Source: a virus (Duplodnaviria > Caudoviricetes). From it: a stretch of 37,561 nucleotides of DNA. Position 1 is the first letter of the stretch, and every line of letters begins with the position of its first letter. The DNA is taken from positions 1-37,561 of IMG/VR virus record IMGVR_UViG_3300043415_000050; one strand, written 5' to 3'. The translations under genes and the position numbers were made by a program. Under the pieces are notes generated by a model that was given only the letters and a program-made list of their open reading frames with translations, did not search any database and was not told the DNA's origin. Positions 8,900 through 17,708 of this stretch are shown in pieces.

Positions 8900-8928
8900 A
8901 GTATGCCACAACGCAACGATGCCTGCAA
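8900..8928 (-). promoter_or_regulatory. Sigma70-like promoter for RNA copy B and the HNH gene
   Basis: TTGCAG-17 bp-CATACT. Confidence 0.55.
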
Positions 8929-9034
8929 CAACATCGCAAACAATTCTTAGGCTTGCTACGCCACGCAATCCTACCGCCCTATGTCGTTGTACCAGTTTGC
9001 CTTAAAAATCGCTCTGTGAGGCTCTCAAGCGCCT

Positions 9035-9226
9035 TTACGGGTAGGTTTTGAAATAAACTTCAAGCCTCATCACGTCTTCATGATGCAGATACGCCAGTTT
9101 GCCTGATGCAAAGTCGCTCAGCATCCGCGCTGGTATCCCTGCACTGTCGGCGACGGTGGACAGGCGGCGGTGGGCTAGGCGCTGGCGCAATTCCCGATAT
9201 TTAATTTCTGATATTTTATTTTTCAT
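9035..9226 (-). CDS. Small XRE/Cro-like HTH protein
   Basis: LRQRLAHRRLSTVADSAGIPARMLSDFASG resembles the Cro-like protein at 11364. Start moved to ATG 9226. Confidence 0.7.
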   Translation of the reverse strand: MKNKISEIKYRELRQRLAHRRLSTVADSAGIPARMLSDFASGKLAYLHHEDVMRLEVYFKTYP

Positions 9227-9254
9227 AATTTCAATTTCCAAGTTTACTTCGTCA

Positions 9255-9466
9255 CCCCCTACTGCCTTCAGGGGGTCTAGGGGGTCACGACCCCCTGCTT
9301 CACGCAGCATCACGACCGACCCCCTCAACCCCCTGCGTTTACCCTTCCTAAAGGAAGGGGTGTAAACTGGGGGGTCTTGGGGGGTTCCCAGGGGGAACAG
9401 GTCATGTGCCTTGCCCCCCCAAACCCCCTCAACCCCCTAGAACCCCCTAGGGGGTCGCAGGGGGTT
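9255..9466. repeat. Putative replication origin: G5/C5 iteron-like direct and inverted repeats
   Basis: Many ACCCCCT/AGGGGGT units, CCCCCTCAACCCCCT twice, hairpin ACCCCTTCCT-AA-AGGAAGGGGT and palindrome ACCCCCTAGGGGGT. Lies immediately after the primase-helicase gene. Confidence 0.7.
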
Positions 9467-9475
9467 AAAAATAGA

Positions 9476-11380
9476 TCATAAATTGTCAACATCCTTTCTC
9501 ACCATCATAGCGCTGATTTGAATATCGTTTATAAATATCCAGCCATTTTCATAATACTGAATAATCTCATCATTTATTAACGACATAATAATTCCGCTAT
9601 CCCTCCCTGGTTCAATTTTATTATCTGCGGTTCTTTTTTTCATGCCAATATCATCAATTAAAAATTGATGCAGCGCAGAACGGGTTATGTAAGGTTTCCC
9701 TTGCCTAGTTTCCCCGCTGGCTTTAATCCAAGCCAATTCCATGATCCTCAAGTTTTCATTGTGCTTGGCTGGCTTCTTACTGACCGGTTTTTCTTCCCTG
9801 ACAACGCCATCCTCCATAGTAAAAACAGCCCCCATAATGGCCGTTCCATCTTCATCCGGCCACCCCAAGTCAATCTGTTCCAGCTTGCCATAAAATGACT
9901 TTGGCGGCTCTGCATCCTTCATCTTTGTGCAGCTCACTTCAATCAAGCCATCTTCCACACCTGACACCAGCACGGCAGCATCCAGCGATGCCTTCCATGC
10001 GCTTGATCCACGCGCCCTTGTCTTGGCTTCCCCAGAATGGCCCGTGTGATGATTAAGTATCACGCTTGATCCCAGCGCACTGGCAACAATGCTGCACGCA
10101 TTGAACATGTTTCTCGTGTCTCTGGCGCTGTTTTCATCGCCGGTCATGTGATTGTTCACAGTGTCCACAAAAATGGCCGTAATAGGCTCGCTGGTGGCTT
10201 CTCTGACTGCGTTGATGATCTTGGCAGCGGCGACAGGCGAATCCATGTCAATGCCGCGATTAGAAATGTACAGGTTATCTAGTTGGCTCACCTGGTGCTT
10301 GAGGCACCATGCCTTGACGCGCTGCCTTAGCCCGTAATTTCCCTCACCAGCCATGTAAATCACGGTACCTGCCTTAATCTTGTGGCCATGCCATTCCATG
10401 CCGCAAGCAATGTGACACGCCATGTCCAGCGTGATAAAAGTTTTGCCCACGCCGCTTTCGCCGTAGACCATGCTGGTGGCTTGATCTGGTATCCAGCCCT
10501 TAATGATCCATTCAAGCGGAGCAGGCTGACTCAGGTAAGACGTTGCCTGCGTGTAGTAGTAGTCACTGGTTGCAGCTTTGTAACTCTCAAGCAGGTCAGT
10601 TGCGCCCTGACTGCCCAGTGCTACATCTGCTGCAATGTCGTGTTCTGGTTCGTAACGGCTGACAGATCGCACAATCTGCGCCAGCTCGGAAGATGGCAGC
10701 GGCATTTCACAGCGTGTTTCATTGGCAACTGACAATGCGGCCATGATTTCAGCCTCAGTAAAGCCATAATGCCGCATGGCACCGCCCATTGATGCCAGCC
10801 CATCATTCCTGTTACCCTTGATAAGTTCGCCAGCTGCCGCCTTGTGCTTTGGTTCCGTCTTGCGCTTGGACAGGTAAGCCTCTTTCCATGCCTGAGGAAT
10901 CACCATTGGCGCTATGCCATCGGTTGGGTCTGATGACCCCTCCCATTCATATGACTTGCCATTAATGCAGGACGGCCATGCAAGGAAATAGCGCCCGTCT
11001 GCCAGCAGGTCTATGCCGTCTGCCAGTTTGCATGATTTAAAGTCCTCATCATAAAACGCTATGTAATGCTGGCCGCCGCCTGCTGTCAGCTGCATCACGC
11101 CATCTGGCGCTGCACCGTGCGTTTCCGTCCATTTCTGCCAGGATTCTTCCCCGCCATTTCTGGGGTCAACATCAAACACCAGAATGCCAGAAACATTCCC
11201 ACTGGCTATGCCTATGTTGTAATCAGGGTTCTCCGCCCACCAATTGGCTATCTGTTTCTGATCTCTGGTGGCATCATGCACGCCATGCAGCGTGGCAGGC
11301 TGCTTGCCATTGGGAACAACAGGCAAAACATGCCACCCCCAAGACGCATACTGTAGCGCAGCCTCAAGCCTGCTGGTCAT
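9476..11380 (-). CDS. Bifunctional primase-polymerase + PriCT + RepA/AAA_25-like helicase
   Basis: GWHVLPV..GKQP, NIGIASG, VFDVD and TAGGGQHY (Prim-Pol); GNRNDGL (PriCT-1); GESGVGKT, VDT and HHTG..RGSSA (helicase). Confidence 0.92.
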   Translation of the reverse strand: MTSRLEAALQYASWGWHVLPVVPNGKQPATLHGVHDATRDQKQIANWWAENPDYNIGIASGNVSGILVFDVDPRNGGEESWQKWTETHGAAPDGVMQLTAGGGQHYIAFYDEDFKSCKLADGIDLLADGRYFLAWPSCINGKSYEWEGSSDPTDGIAPMVIPQAWKEAYLSKRKTEPKHKAAAGELIKGNRNDGLASMGGAMRHYGFTEAEIMAALSVANETRCEMPLPSSELAQIVRSVSRYEPEHDIAADVALGSQGATDLLESYKAATSDYYYTQATSYLSQPAPLEWIIKGWIPDQATSMVYGESGVGKTFITLDMACHIACGMEWHGHKIKAGTVIYMAGEGNYGLRQRVKAWCLKHQVSQLDNLYISNRGIDMDSPVAAAKIINAVREATSEPITAIFVDTVNNHMTGDENSARDTRNMFNACSIVASALGSSVILNHHTGHSGEAKTRARGSSAWKASLDAAVLVSGVEDGLIEVSCTKMKDAEPPKSFYGKLEQIDLGWPDEDGTAIMGAVFTMEDGVVREEKPVSKKPAKHNENLRIMELAWIKASGETRQGKPYITRSALHQFLIDDIGMKKRTADNKIEPGRDSGIIMSLINDEIIQYYENGWIFINDIQISAMMVRKDVDNL

Positions 11381-11549
11381 TGTCTTGGCCTTTCAGGTAG
11401 TCAAGCACCTTTCTAACGGTTTCATACTTCGGCTGACTTGCTCCTGACATCAAGCGGTAAAGCGCATTCGGGTGAATGCCAGCGCCACGCGCAACAGCTC
11501 TCAGGTTTCTATCTGCGAGCATCCGTTTAAGCCTATCAAGTTCTGACAT
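11364..11549 (-). CDS. Cro-like HTH regulator
   Basis: LRAVARGAGIHPNALYRLMSGASQPKYETV. First gene of the leftward unit, with a GAGGTG RBS. Confidence 0.82.
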   Translation of the reverse strand: MSELDRLKRMLADRNLRAVARGAGIHPNALYRLMSGASQPKYETVRKVLDYLKGQDNDQQA

Positions 11550-11584
11550 GTTCACCTCAAACAATTAAAAAAATCACATCACAG

Positions 11585-11621
11585 TATTGCAATAGTACCA
11601 CTGAGAAGTTATGATCTGCAA
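11585..11621. promoter_or_regulatory. Overlapping divergent sigma70 promoters with a palindromic operator candidate
   Basis: Plus strand: TTGCAA(11587)-17-TATGAT(11610). Minus strand: TTGCAG-18-TACTAT with extended TG. Palindrome TATTGCAATA at 11585-11594. Confidence 0.7.
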
Positions 11622-11672
11622 TACCACGCAAACAGACCTTCCTGACAGCGTGCCACAACGGAGACCACAAAC

Positions 11673-12344
11673 ATGGCTATCAATCTGAAATCCACAGGCA
11701 AACTGGCGCTAAATGGCGTCAAGATTCTTGTGTACGGCCAAGCCGGCGCGGGCAAAACCACGCTCATTGCCAGCCTTCCTTCCCCTGTTGTCCTATCTGC
11801 CGAGGGCGGCCTGCTGTCTATCGCAAACACTGACATCCCGTACATTGAAATCAGCAGCATGGCCGATCTGAAAGAGGCGTATACCTGGCTGGCGTCATCC
11901 AATGAAGCCGCCGGTTTTGAGTCAGTGGCGCTGGACTCCATTAGCGAGGTTGCAGAAGTTGTCCTTCAGCACGAACTGAAAAAAAACAAGGATGGCCGTG
12001 CAGCCTATGGTGAGATGAATACCACCATGACGGAGCTGATCCGTGCATTTCGTGACTTGTCCGGCAAGCATGTATACATGTCGGCCAAGCTAGAGAAATC
12101 CCAGGACGAAATGGGCAAGATTCTGTACAACCCCGCCATGCCTGGCAAGTCCCTCACTCAATCACTTCCCTATTTTTTTGATGAAATGCTGGCGCTCCGC
12201 GTTGAGCGGGATGCAGAAGGAAACACGCAGCGGGCGTTGTTGTGTGATGGTGATGGGCTGTGGCTGGCGAAAGATAGGTCTGGCCGGTTGGCAAAGTGGG
12301 AACAGCCTGATCTGGGTGCAGTTATCAGGAAGATAGCGTCATGA
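11673..12344 (+). CDS. Sak4-like (AAA_24) recombination ATPase
   Basis: VYGQAGAGKT, AEGG, LDSISE and AKDRSG motifs. Confidence 0.88.
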   Translation: MAINLKSTGKLALNGVKILVYGQAGAGKTTLIASLPSPVVLSAEGGLLSIANTDIPYIEISSMADLKEAYTWLASSNEAAGFESVALDSISEVAEVVLQHELKKNKDGRAAYGEMNTTMTELIRAFRDLSGKHVYMSAKLEKSQDEMGKILYNPAMPGKSLTQSLPYFFDEMLALRVERDAEGNTQRALLCDGDGLWLAKDRSGRLAKWEQPDLGAVIRKIAS

Positions 12345-12718
12345 ATGAATTGATTGCCAAATGGCTTGAATACAAATATTTGGAACGGCGCCTTACTGAT
12401 GAACGCCGCGCCATCGAGGACAAAATTATCCAGCTTCAGGACATTCCAGAATCGCTGGAAGGCGTCACCACGGTCAAGGATGGCCGCTATACGCTCAAGA
12501 TCACTGGCCGGATAGATCGAAAGGTCGATGCCGACTTGCTGCAAGAGATCGCAGCAGAACATGACCTTACCATGTATCTGCCAGATTTGTTTAGGTGGAA
12601 ACCTGAGATAAAAATGTCAGTGTGGAGGGCTACTGATGCCTCCATCACTGCGCCACTGGCGAAAGCCATTACTGCCAAGCCTGGCAGACCATCGTTTGCA
12701 ATCACAACTGAGGAGTAA
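12341..12718 (+). CDS. Conserved phage protein of Sak4 modules
   Basis: Coupled ORF with an N-terminal coiled coil and C-terminal KPGRPSF. Confidence 0.7.
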   Translation: MNELIAKWLEYKYLERRLTDERRAIEDKIIQLQDIPESLEGVTTVKDGRYTLKITGRIDRKVDADLLQEIAAEHDLTMYLPDLFRWKPEIKMSVWRATDASITAPLAKAITAKPGRPSFAITTEE

Positions 12719-12723
12719 TACCC

Positions 12724-13182
12724 ATGAGCTTTTTTGACGCTGAAATCAATCTGGATGACCTGCCCGAAGGTAACACATTAATTCCTGCTGACTGGTACTA
12801 CGCCACCATTATCGAAGCAGACCTGCGCATGACCAAAGCAGGCACCGGCCAGTACATTGCCATCAAATACCGCATCGACGGGCCAAGTCAGGCCAACCGC
12901 ACCATTTACGGCAACATCAACATCCGCAACCAGAACCCCACTGCCGAAGAAATCGGCAAGCGCGACTTGGGCAACCTGATGCGAGCCATTGGCGCTGCCA
13001 AGCTGCGCAGCACTGATGACTTGCTGAACAAGCAGCTCAGCATCCGTATTACGGTGCGCCAGAGTGAGCAGCGTGGGGATGAGAACGAGATCCGCGGCTA
13101 TAAAGCCATCGAAGGATCACCCGCCCCGATGCCATCGGCGGCCAAGCCTGTTGCAAAAGACGGTGCAATGCCACCCTGGTGA
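12724..13182 (+). CDS. DUF669 single-stranded DNA-binding protein
   Basis: IPADWYYATI, NEIRGYK and PPW terminus. Typical Sak4 partner. Confidence 0.82.
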   Translation: MSFFDAEINLDDLPEGNTLIPADWYYATIIEADLRMTKAGTGQYIAIKYRIDGPSQANRTIYGNINIRNQNPTAEEIGKRDLGNLMRAIGAAKLRSTDDLLNKQLSIRITVRQSEQRGDENEIRGYKAIEGSPAPMPSAAKPVAKDGAMPPW

Positions 13183-13190
13183 GGATGTGC

Positions 13191-13214
13191 GGCCACAGGG
13201 ATGTGGCCTTTTCT
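13191..13214 (+). terminator. Probable weak intrinsic terminator after ssb
   Basis: GGCCACA-GGGA-TGTGGCC followed by TTTTCT. Confidence 0.6.
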
Positions 13215-13226
13215 GAAGGAGATAAG

Positions 13227-14240
13227 ATGGACGAAATATCCAAACTGATAGACGCTTCCCACGAAGCCGAGCGGGATGATTTCAGACCGCATTTAGGCTG
13301 TTCATTGCTAGGTCATCAATGTGACCGCTACCTGTGGTTGTCATTCAGGTGGGCTATCAAGCCGCATCATTCTGGCCGCATCCTGAGACTGTTTAGGCGC
13401 GGACAAAACGAGGAGGCCACCATTATCAGTGACTTGCGCCGGATTGGTGTCCACGTTGAGTCTGTGGGATCAAAACAGACGCGGGTCGAGCTTGGCAGTC
13501 ATATTGCAGGCAGCGTGGATGCCATTGTCAGCAGGCTGCCGAATGGCTACGCTGGCAAAGCCGTGGCGGAGTTTAAAACGCATTCGGAGAAATCATTTAA
13601 TGAACTGGTAAAGTCTGGCGTGCGCAAGGCCAAATTGAGGCATTACGTCCAGGCGCACATTTACGCTTACGCACTGAAGCTGCCAAAGGTGCTTTATTAC
13701 GCCGTCAACAAAAACACGGACGCTATTTATACAGAATGGATGAACACTGACATTGAGACAGCAGAACGGTATGTTGACCGTGGCAGATCCATTGCGCTGG
13801 CTGATGAAATGCCAGCACCGCTTAGCAATGATCCAAGCTGGTACGAATGTAAAACCTGTGATTTTCACGAGTTTTGCCACACAACAAAAACCACTACACA
13901 GGTTAACTGCCGCACCTGCGCCCACTCAACCGCGCTTGGCAATTCAACCTGGCGGTGTGAACGGTTTGCATCCGATGGCATACCCGTTGAGTTTCAGCGC
14001 AAGGGTTGTGACAGTCATGCGCTGCACCCAGAACTGGTGCCATGGGAAAGAATGGCCAGTGAGCATGAATGGGAGGCGCTTTACTTGATAAACGGGACGC
14101 CAATTAGGAACGGTGAGGGCGACCGGATTGTATTCAGCAGTCATGAGTTGCTGGCGAACCCAGCTGCCTGCGTTGCTGCGCTGAATGATCCAGAACTGGC
14201 TGGTGTTAGGGAAGCATTTGACGCGAGGGTGGTGGGATGA
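13227..14240 (+). CDS. Cas4-like PD-(D/E)XK exonuclease with Cys cluster
   Basis: LGCSLLGHQCDR, GSVD, EFKT, YVQ and CKTCDFHEFC motifs. ATG at 13227 after AAGGAG. Confidence 0.85.
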   Translation: MDEISKLIDASHEAERDDFRPHLGCSLLGHQCDRYLWLSFRWAIKPHHSGRILRLFRRGQNEEATIISDLRRIGVHVESVGSKQTRVELGSHIAGSVDAIVSRLPNGYAGKAVAEFKTHSEKSFNELVKSGVRKAKLRHYVQAHIYAYALKLPKVLYYAVNKNTDAIYTEWMNTDIETAERYVDRGRSIALADEMPAPLSNDPSWYECKTCDFHEFCHTTKTTTQVNCRTCAHSTALGNSTWRCERFASDGIPVEFQRKGCDSHALHPELVPWERMASEHEWEALYLINGTPIRNGEGDRIVFSSHELLANPAACVAALNDPELAGVREAFDARVVG

Positions 14241-15880
14241 TCCTGCGAGATTATCAAGTCAGATCCCGTGAAATGCTCATGGACTGGTTCAAGGAAAACA
14301 AAGAAGGCCATCCAGTGGTGGTGCTGCCGACCGGAAGCGGGAAATCGGTCATTATTGCTGATTTTATCAAGCACGTCATGACGCAATGGAGTGAAAGAAA
14401 CTTCAGAATCCTCATGCTTTGCCACCAGAAAGAACTGATCGAACAGAACGCAGCCAAGATGCGCCACTTCTGGCCGAACGCCCCCATGGGAATCTACTCA
14501 GCCAGTGTGGGTAAACGACAAATGGGAGAACCGATCACGTTTGCAGGCATCCAGTCGGTATGGAACCGATCTGAGGAACTTGGTCATATTGATCTGTGCC
14601 TAGTGGATGAGTGCCACGCCATTGGAGCCACCGAGCAAGGCAGGTATAGGCAGCTTCTGGACGCGCTTTTGGCTATCAATCCAAAAATGCGAATCATAGG
14701 TTACAGCGCCACGCCTTACAGATTGGGACACGGCATGATTACGGACAAGCCAGCTATTTTTGATGCGCTGATAGAACCCATCAAAGTTGAAGAGCTGATC
14801 TATCAGGGCTATTTGTCCGTCCTGCGCAGCAAGATGACCATAAAACGCCTTGACGTGTCTGGCGTTAAGAAAAGTCATGGCGAGTACGTTGGGAACGCAT
14901 TACAGGCCGCTGTGAACACGCCGGAGAATAATGACGCCATCGTACGGGAGATCATTAAATACGGCGCAGACAGGCGCTCATGGCTTATTTTCTGCACTGG
15001 CATAGCCCACGCTCAGAACATCACGGATTGTTTGATCCAACAAGGCGTTACGGCAGCCTGTGTGACTGGTGAAACATCCAAAACGGAGCGTGAAACATTG
15101 CTGGCAGACTTCAAAGCCGGAAGGATCAGGGCTATGACTAACTATGCCGTTTTAACCACTGGCTTTGATGCGCCTGAGATTGATCTGATCGCCATGTTAC
15201 GCCCCACCATGTCGCCTGGCCTTTATGTCCAAATGGCCGGCAGAGGCATGAGGATTGCCGATGGTAAACATGATTGTCTGGTGCTGGACTTTGCCGGAGT
15301 GGTCGCCATGCACGGGCCTATTACGGCTGTACAGCCGCCTAGGCGCAGCGGCAATGGCGATGGTGAGGCACCGTTCAAGCTGTGCGAAGAATGCAACGAG
15401 ATCTGCAAGATCAGCGAAAAGGAATGTCCTGCTTGCGGCTGGATGTTCCCGCCGCCAAAGCCCAAAACGCTGGAACTGCACAATGATGACATCATGGGCA
15501 TTGATGGCGTCGAGATGGAAGTAACCGGATGGCACTGGAAACATCACATTGGCCGCTCATCTGGTATGGAAATGCTGGCGGTAACGTATTACGGCCATTT
15601 GTCAGATGCGCCAGTTACCGAGTATTTAACAGTTACGCATGAGAACTATGCTGGAGAAAGAGCGCGTAACCTGCTGATTTCAATGGCAAACAAGGCTGGC
15701 GTATCGCTGGCAGATGCTCGCGACATTTTTAGCACTGTTGATGTTATGAATACGGGAGAACCGCCGTTCATGATTGAGCATAAGCGGGATGGGAAGTTTA
15801 CACGAATCATAGGGAGGGAGTGGATTGAACGAAGATCAGGAACAAGCCAGGTTGGTGCAATGGTTTCGGCGCACGCATAG
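14237..15880 (+). CDS. SF2 helicase (RadD/YejH-like) with zinc ribbon
   Basis: LRDYQ, PTGSGKS, DECH, SATP, QMAGRGMR and CxxC..CxxC motifs. Confidence 0.93.
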   Translation: MILRDYQVRSREMLMDWFKENKEGHPVVVLPTGSGKSVIIADFIKHVMTQWSERNFRILMLCHQKELIEQNAAKMRHFWPNAPMGIYSASVGKRQMGEPITFAGIQSVWNRSEELGHIDLCLVDECHAIGATEQGRYRQLLDALLAINPKMRIIGYSATPYRLGHGMITDKPAIFDALIEPIKVEELIYQGYLSVLRSKMTIKRLDVSGVKKSHGEYVGNALQAAVNTPENNDAIVREIIKYGADRRSWLIFCTGIAHAQNITDCLIQQGVTAACVTGETSKTERETLLADFKAGRIRAMTNYAVLTTGFDAPEIDLIAMLRPTMSPGLYVQMAGRGMRIADGKHDCLVLDFAGVVAMHGPITAVQPPRRSGNGDGEAPFKLCEECNEICKISEKECPACGWMFPPPKPKTLELHNDDIMGIDGVEMEVTGWHWKHHIGRSSGMEMLAVTYYGHLSDAPVTEYLTVTHENYAGERARNLLISMANKAGVSLADARDIFSTVDVMNTGEPPFMIEHKRDGKFTRIIGREWIERRSGTSQVGAMVSAHA

Positions 15881-16145
15881 CGGTGTGCGAATCTTTGCAA
15901 TACCGAACGGAGGCCATAGGCATCCGGCTGTTGCAGCCAAGTTGAAGGTAACAGGCGTTATGCGAGGGGTGCCAGACTTGTTTATACCTGAATGGCGCGT
16001 TTGGATTGAGATGAAAGTTAAGGGAGGCAGGCTATCGCCAGATCAGAAAGACTGGATAGAGTATTTGGAAACACACGGATACCGCTGCATTGTCGCGTTT
16101 GGCGCTGATGATGCTATTAATCAGATCGGAGAACTACAATTATGA
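15825..16145 (+). CDS. VRR-NUC nuclease
   Basis: EQ..L, FAIPNGG, GVPDL, IEMK and LSPDQKDW motifs. Confidence 0.88.
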   Translation: MNEDQEQARLVQWFRRTHSGVRIFAIPNGGHRHPAVAAKLKVTGVMRGVPDLFIPEWRVWIEMKVKGGRLSPDQKDWIEYLETHGYRCIVAFGADDAINQIGELQL

Positions 16146-16360
16146 ACTACTGCATCAACTGCTTTTTCGCCCGCTCAGAAATGGACGTCATCTTCTGCCG
16201 CCGCAACGCTCCACGCGCGGCTCTGGTTCAGCCGACCGACGACCCCAACGAAATGCCTGTGTTTTACGCCGAGTGGCCCATGGTCGCAGACGATGACTGG
16301 TGCGGGGAGTATCGGGAGGCTGTGAGGGTGGATAATCAGAACAGAGAAAAGATGAATTAG
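16142..16360 (+). CDS. Small Cys-rich phage protein
   Basis: CINCFF..CRRNAP..WPMV...DWCGEY. Confidence 0.75.
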   Translation: MNYCINCFFARSEMDVIFCRRNAPRAALVQPTDDPNEMPVFYAEWPMVADDDWCGEYREAVRVDNQNREKMN

Positions 16361-16363
16361 CTA

Positions 16364-16393
16364 TTGACACAGGTCAAATTAACACCATATACT
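16364..16393 (+). promoter_or_regulatory. Near-consensus sigma70 promoter for the accessory operon
   Basis: TTGACA-18 bp-TATACT. Confidence 0.72.
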
Positions 16394-16429
16394 GTGTCTA
16401 CATCAACAAGCACAAAGGGAGTGCTAGAC

Positions 16430-16717
16430 ATGACGCCACACAAACACGCCGCCATTATCAAAGCTTGGGCCGATGGCGCTCAGGTTCAAACACGCATGAA
16501 TGGTATGCCGGAAAGCACATGGAGCGACATTGATTCACCAGCTTGGCATTCTGATTATTTTGAATACCGCATCAAGCCAACCATTATCACGCACGATCTG
16601 CGCGTAACGTGGAGTTCCATCATGAACCTGCCAGTGCAGGATTCCGGCATCCAGCGCAACCTTCGCCTTACTTTTACCGATGGCGTTCTGACAGACGCCA
16701 TTGTCATTAAGGAGTAA
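16430..16717 (+). CDS. Hypothetical phage protein
   Basis: PHKHAAIIKAWADGAQVQ...EYRIKP motif common in phage early genes. Start moved to ATG 16430. Confidence 0.75.
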   Translation: MTPHKHAAIIKAWADGAQVQTRMNGMPESTWSDIDSPAWHSDYFEYRIKPTIITHDLRVTWSSIMNLPVQDSGIQRNLRLTFTDGVLTDAIVIKE

Positions 16718-16719
16718 TC

Positions 16720-17106
16720 ATGAAGCACCTTTTGACAGCCGCACTACTGGCGGCATCATTCAACGCCAGCGCAGCCAGTGAAGTTCAGTGCATGGCAGAC
16801 GTCATCCACGCTGAGTCTCGCGGGGAGGGCGAGGCAGGCATGGCCGCAGTCGGTTACGCCCTGTTTAACCGCGTCAAGCAGGACGGGTTCAAACACAGCG
16901 TTTGCTGGCACTCGCGCCATGGGTTCCACAGGCTCCACGCTGACTTTGACCAGAAGGCATACACAGTGGCCGCGCTGGTGCTGGCTGGCGTGGAGACAAA
17001 CCCCATTGGCAACCGGACGCACTTTGACAGCGGGAAGCGTACGCCTAGTTATGCTGTGGCTGTGAAGCGCATAGGAAAGCAGCGGTTTTATAGGGTGGCG
17101 AGATGA
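16720..17106 (+). CDS. SleB-like cell wall hydrolase (Hydrolase_2) with signal peptide
   Basis: N-terminal signal ending ASA, CMADVIHAESRGE..GMAAVGYALFNRV, and RIGKQRFY. Confidence 0.85.
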   Translation: MKHLLTAALLAASFNASAASEVQCMADVIHAESRGEGEAGMAAVGYALFNRVKQDGFKHSVCWHSRHGFHRLHADFDQKAYTVAALVLAGVETNPIGNRTHFDSGKRTPSYAVAVKRIGKQRFYRVAR

Positions 17107-17306
17107 AAACAATAGTTGCCGCAGTTGCAATAGTAGCGTTTATTGCGTGGATTGTTTCTGGCATTGTTAAGTATGAGCGTGATTTTACACAGAAATGTAT
17201 TGCTGCTGGCGGGATGCCAAGCCGTTACATAACAATGATAGGCAAATCAGGATACCAAGAGCGCCTTTGCATCAACCCTGAAAGCGTCATTGAGGTCACG
17301 CCATGA
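17103..17306 (+). CDS. Small membrane-anchored protein
   Basis: N-terminal TM helix, CIAAGG and a second Cys. Confidence 0.7.
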   Translation: MKTIVAAVAIVAFIAWIVSGIVKYERDFTQKCIAAGGMPSRYITMIGKSGYQERLCINPESVIEVTP

Positions 17307-17485
17307 CCCCCCGCGAACAGCTCCGCGCACTGATGCGCAAGCACCAGCTGCACGCCCATCAAGTGGCCGCCTTGCTTAGCGTCAAGCCGAACACCGTGGC
17401 GTGTTGGGTGGCGGCAAACGTACCTAAAGAAATACCAGCAGTGAAGCTGGAACTACTCGCCCTAAAACTGGAGAACATGAAATGA
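17303..17485 (+). CDS. Small HTH protein
   Basis: LRALMRKHQL..HQVAALLSVKPNTVACW. Confidence 0.75.
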   Translation: MTPREQLRALMRKHQLHAHQVAALLSVKPNTVACWVAANVPKEIPAVKLELLALKLENMK

Positions 17486-17706
17486 TGCCATACAAAAAAC
17501 GATACACGCTATTGATGCGCTTGCAAGACCACGCCGGAGTGCTGATACAGGCCGCGTTGCTGGTGTTCCTTATCATTGCGGCATACGCGACCTATAAACC
17601 GCGCAGCAGGCCGGATATGGCTCTTAACGCAGCCGTAGACAGCTGCCAAGCTCGCGGGTATTTCGATGTAGGCACCGTTAGGGTTCAGTGCCAGGTGGGG
17701 GAGTGA
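17482..17706 (+). CDS. Small membrane-anchored protein
   Basis: One TM segment and a C..G.F..C motif. Confidence 0.68.
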   Translation: MMPYKKRYTLLMRLQDHAGVLIQAALLVFLIIAAYATYKPRSRPDMALNAAVDSCQARGYFDVGTVRVQCQVGE

Positions 17707-17708
17707 GC

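Noticed and set aside
9227-9328. N-terminal extension of the HTH ORF
   Set aside because: It is just the translation of the iteron repeats. ATG 9226 gives a compact HTH protein.
13227-14240. CRISPR-Cas locus suggested by the Cas4-like nuclease
   Set aside because: No repeat-spacer array or other cas genes. It lies in a standard Sak4-SSB-exonuclease-helicase module.
15825-15880. Programmed frameshift fusing the helicase and VRR-NUC
   Set aside because: The 56-nt overlap has no clear slippery heptamer, and the nuclease has its own purine-rich RBS.
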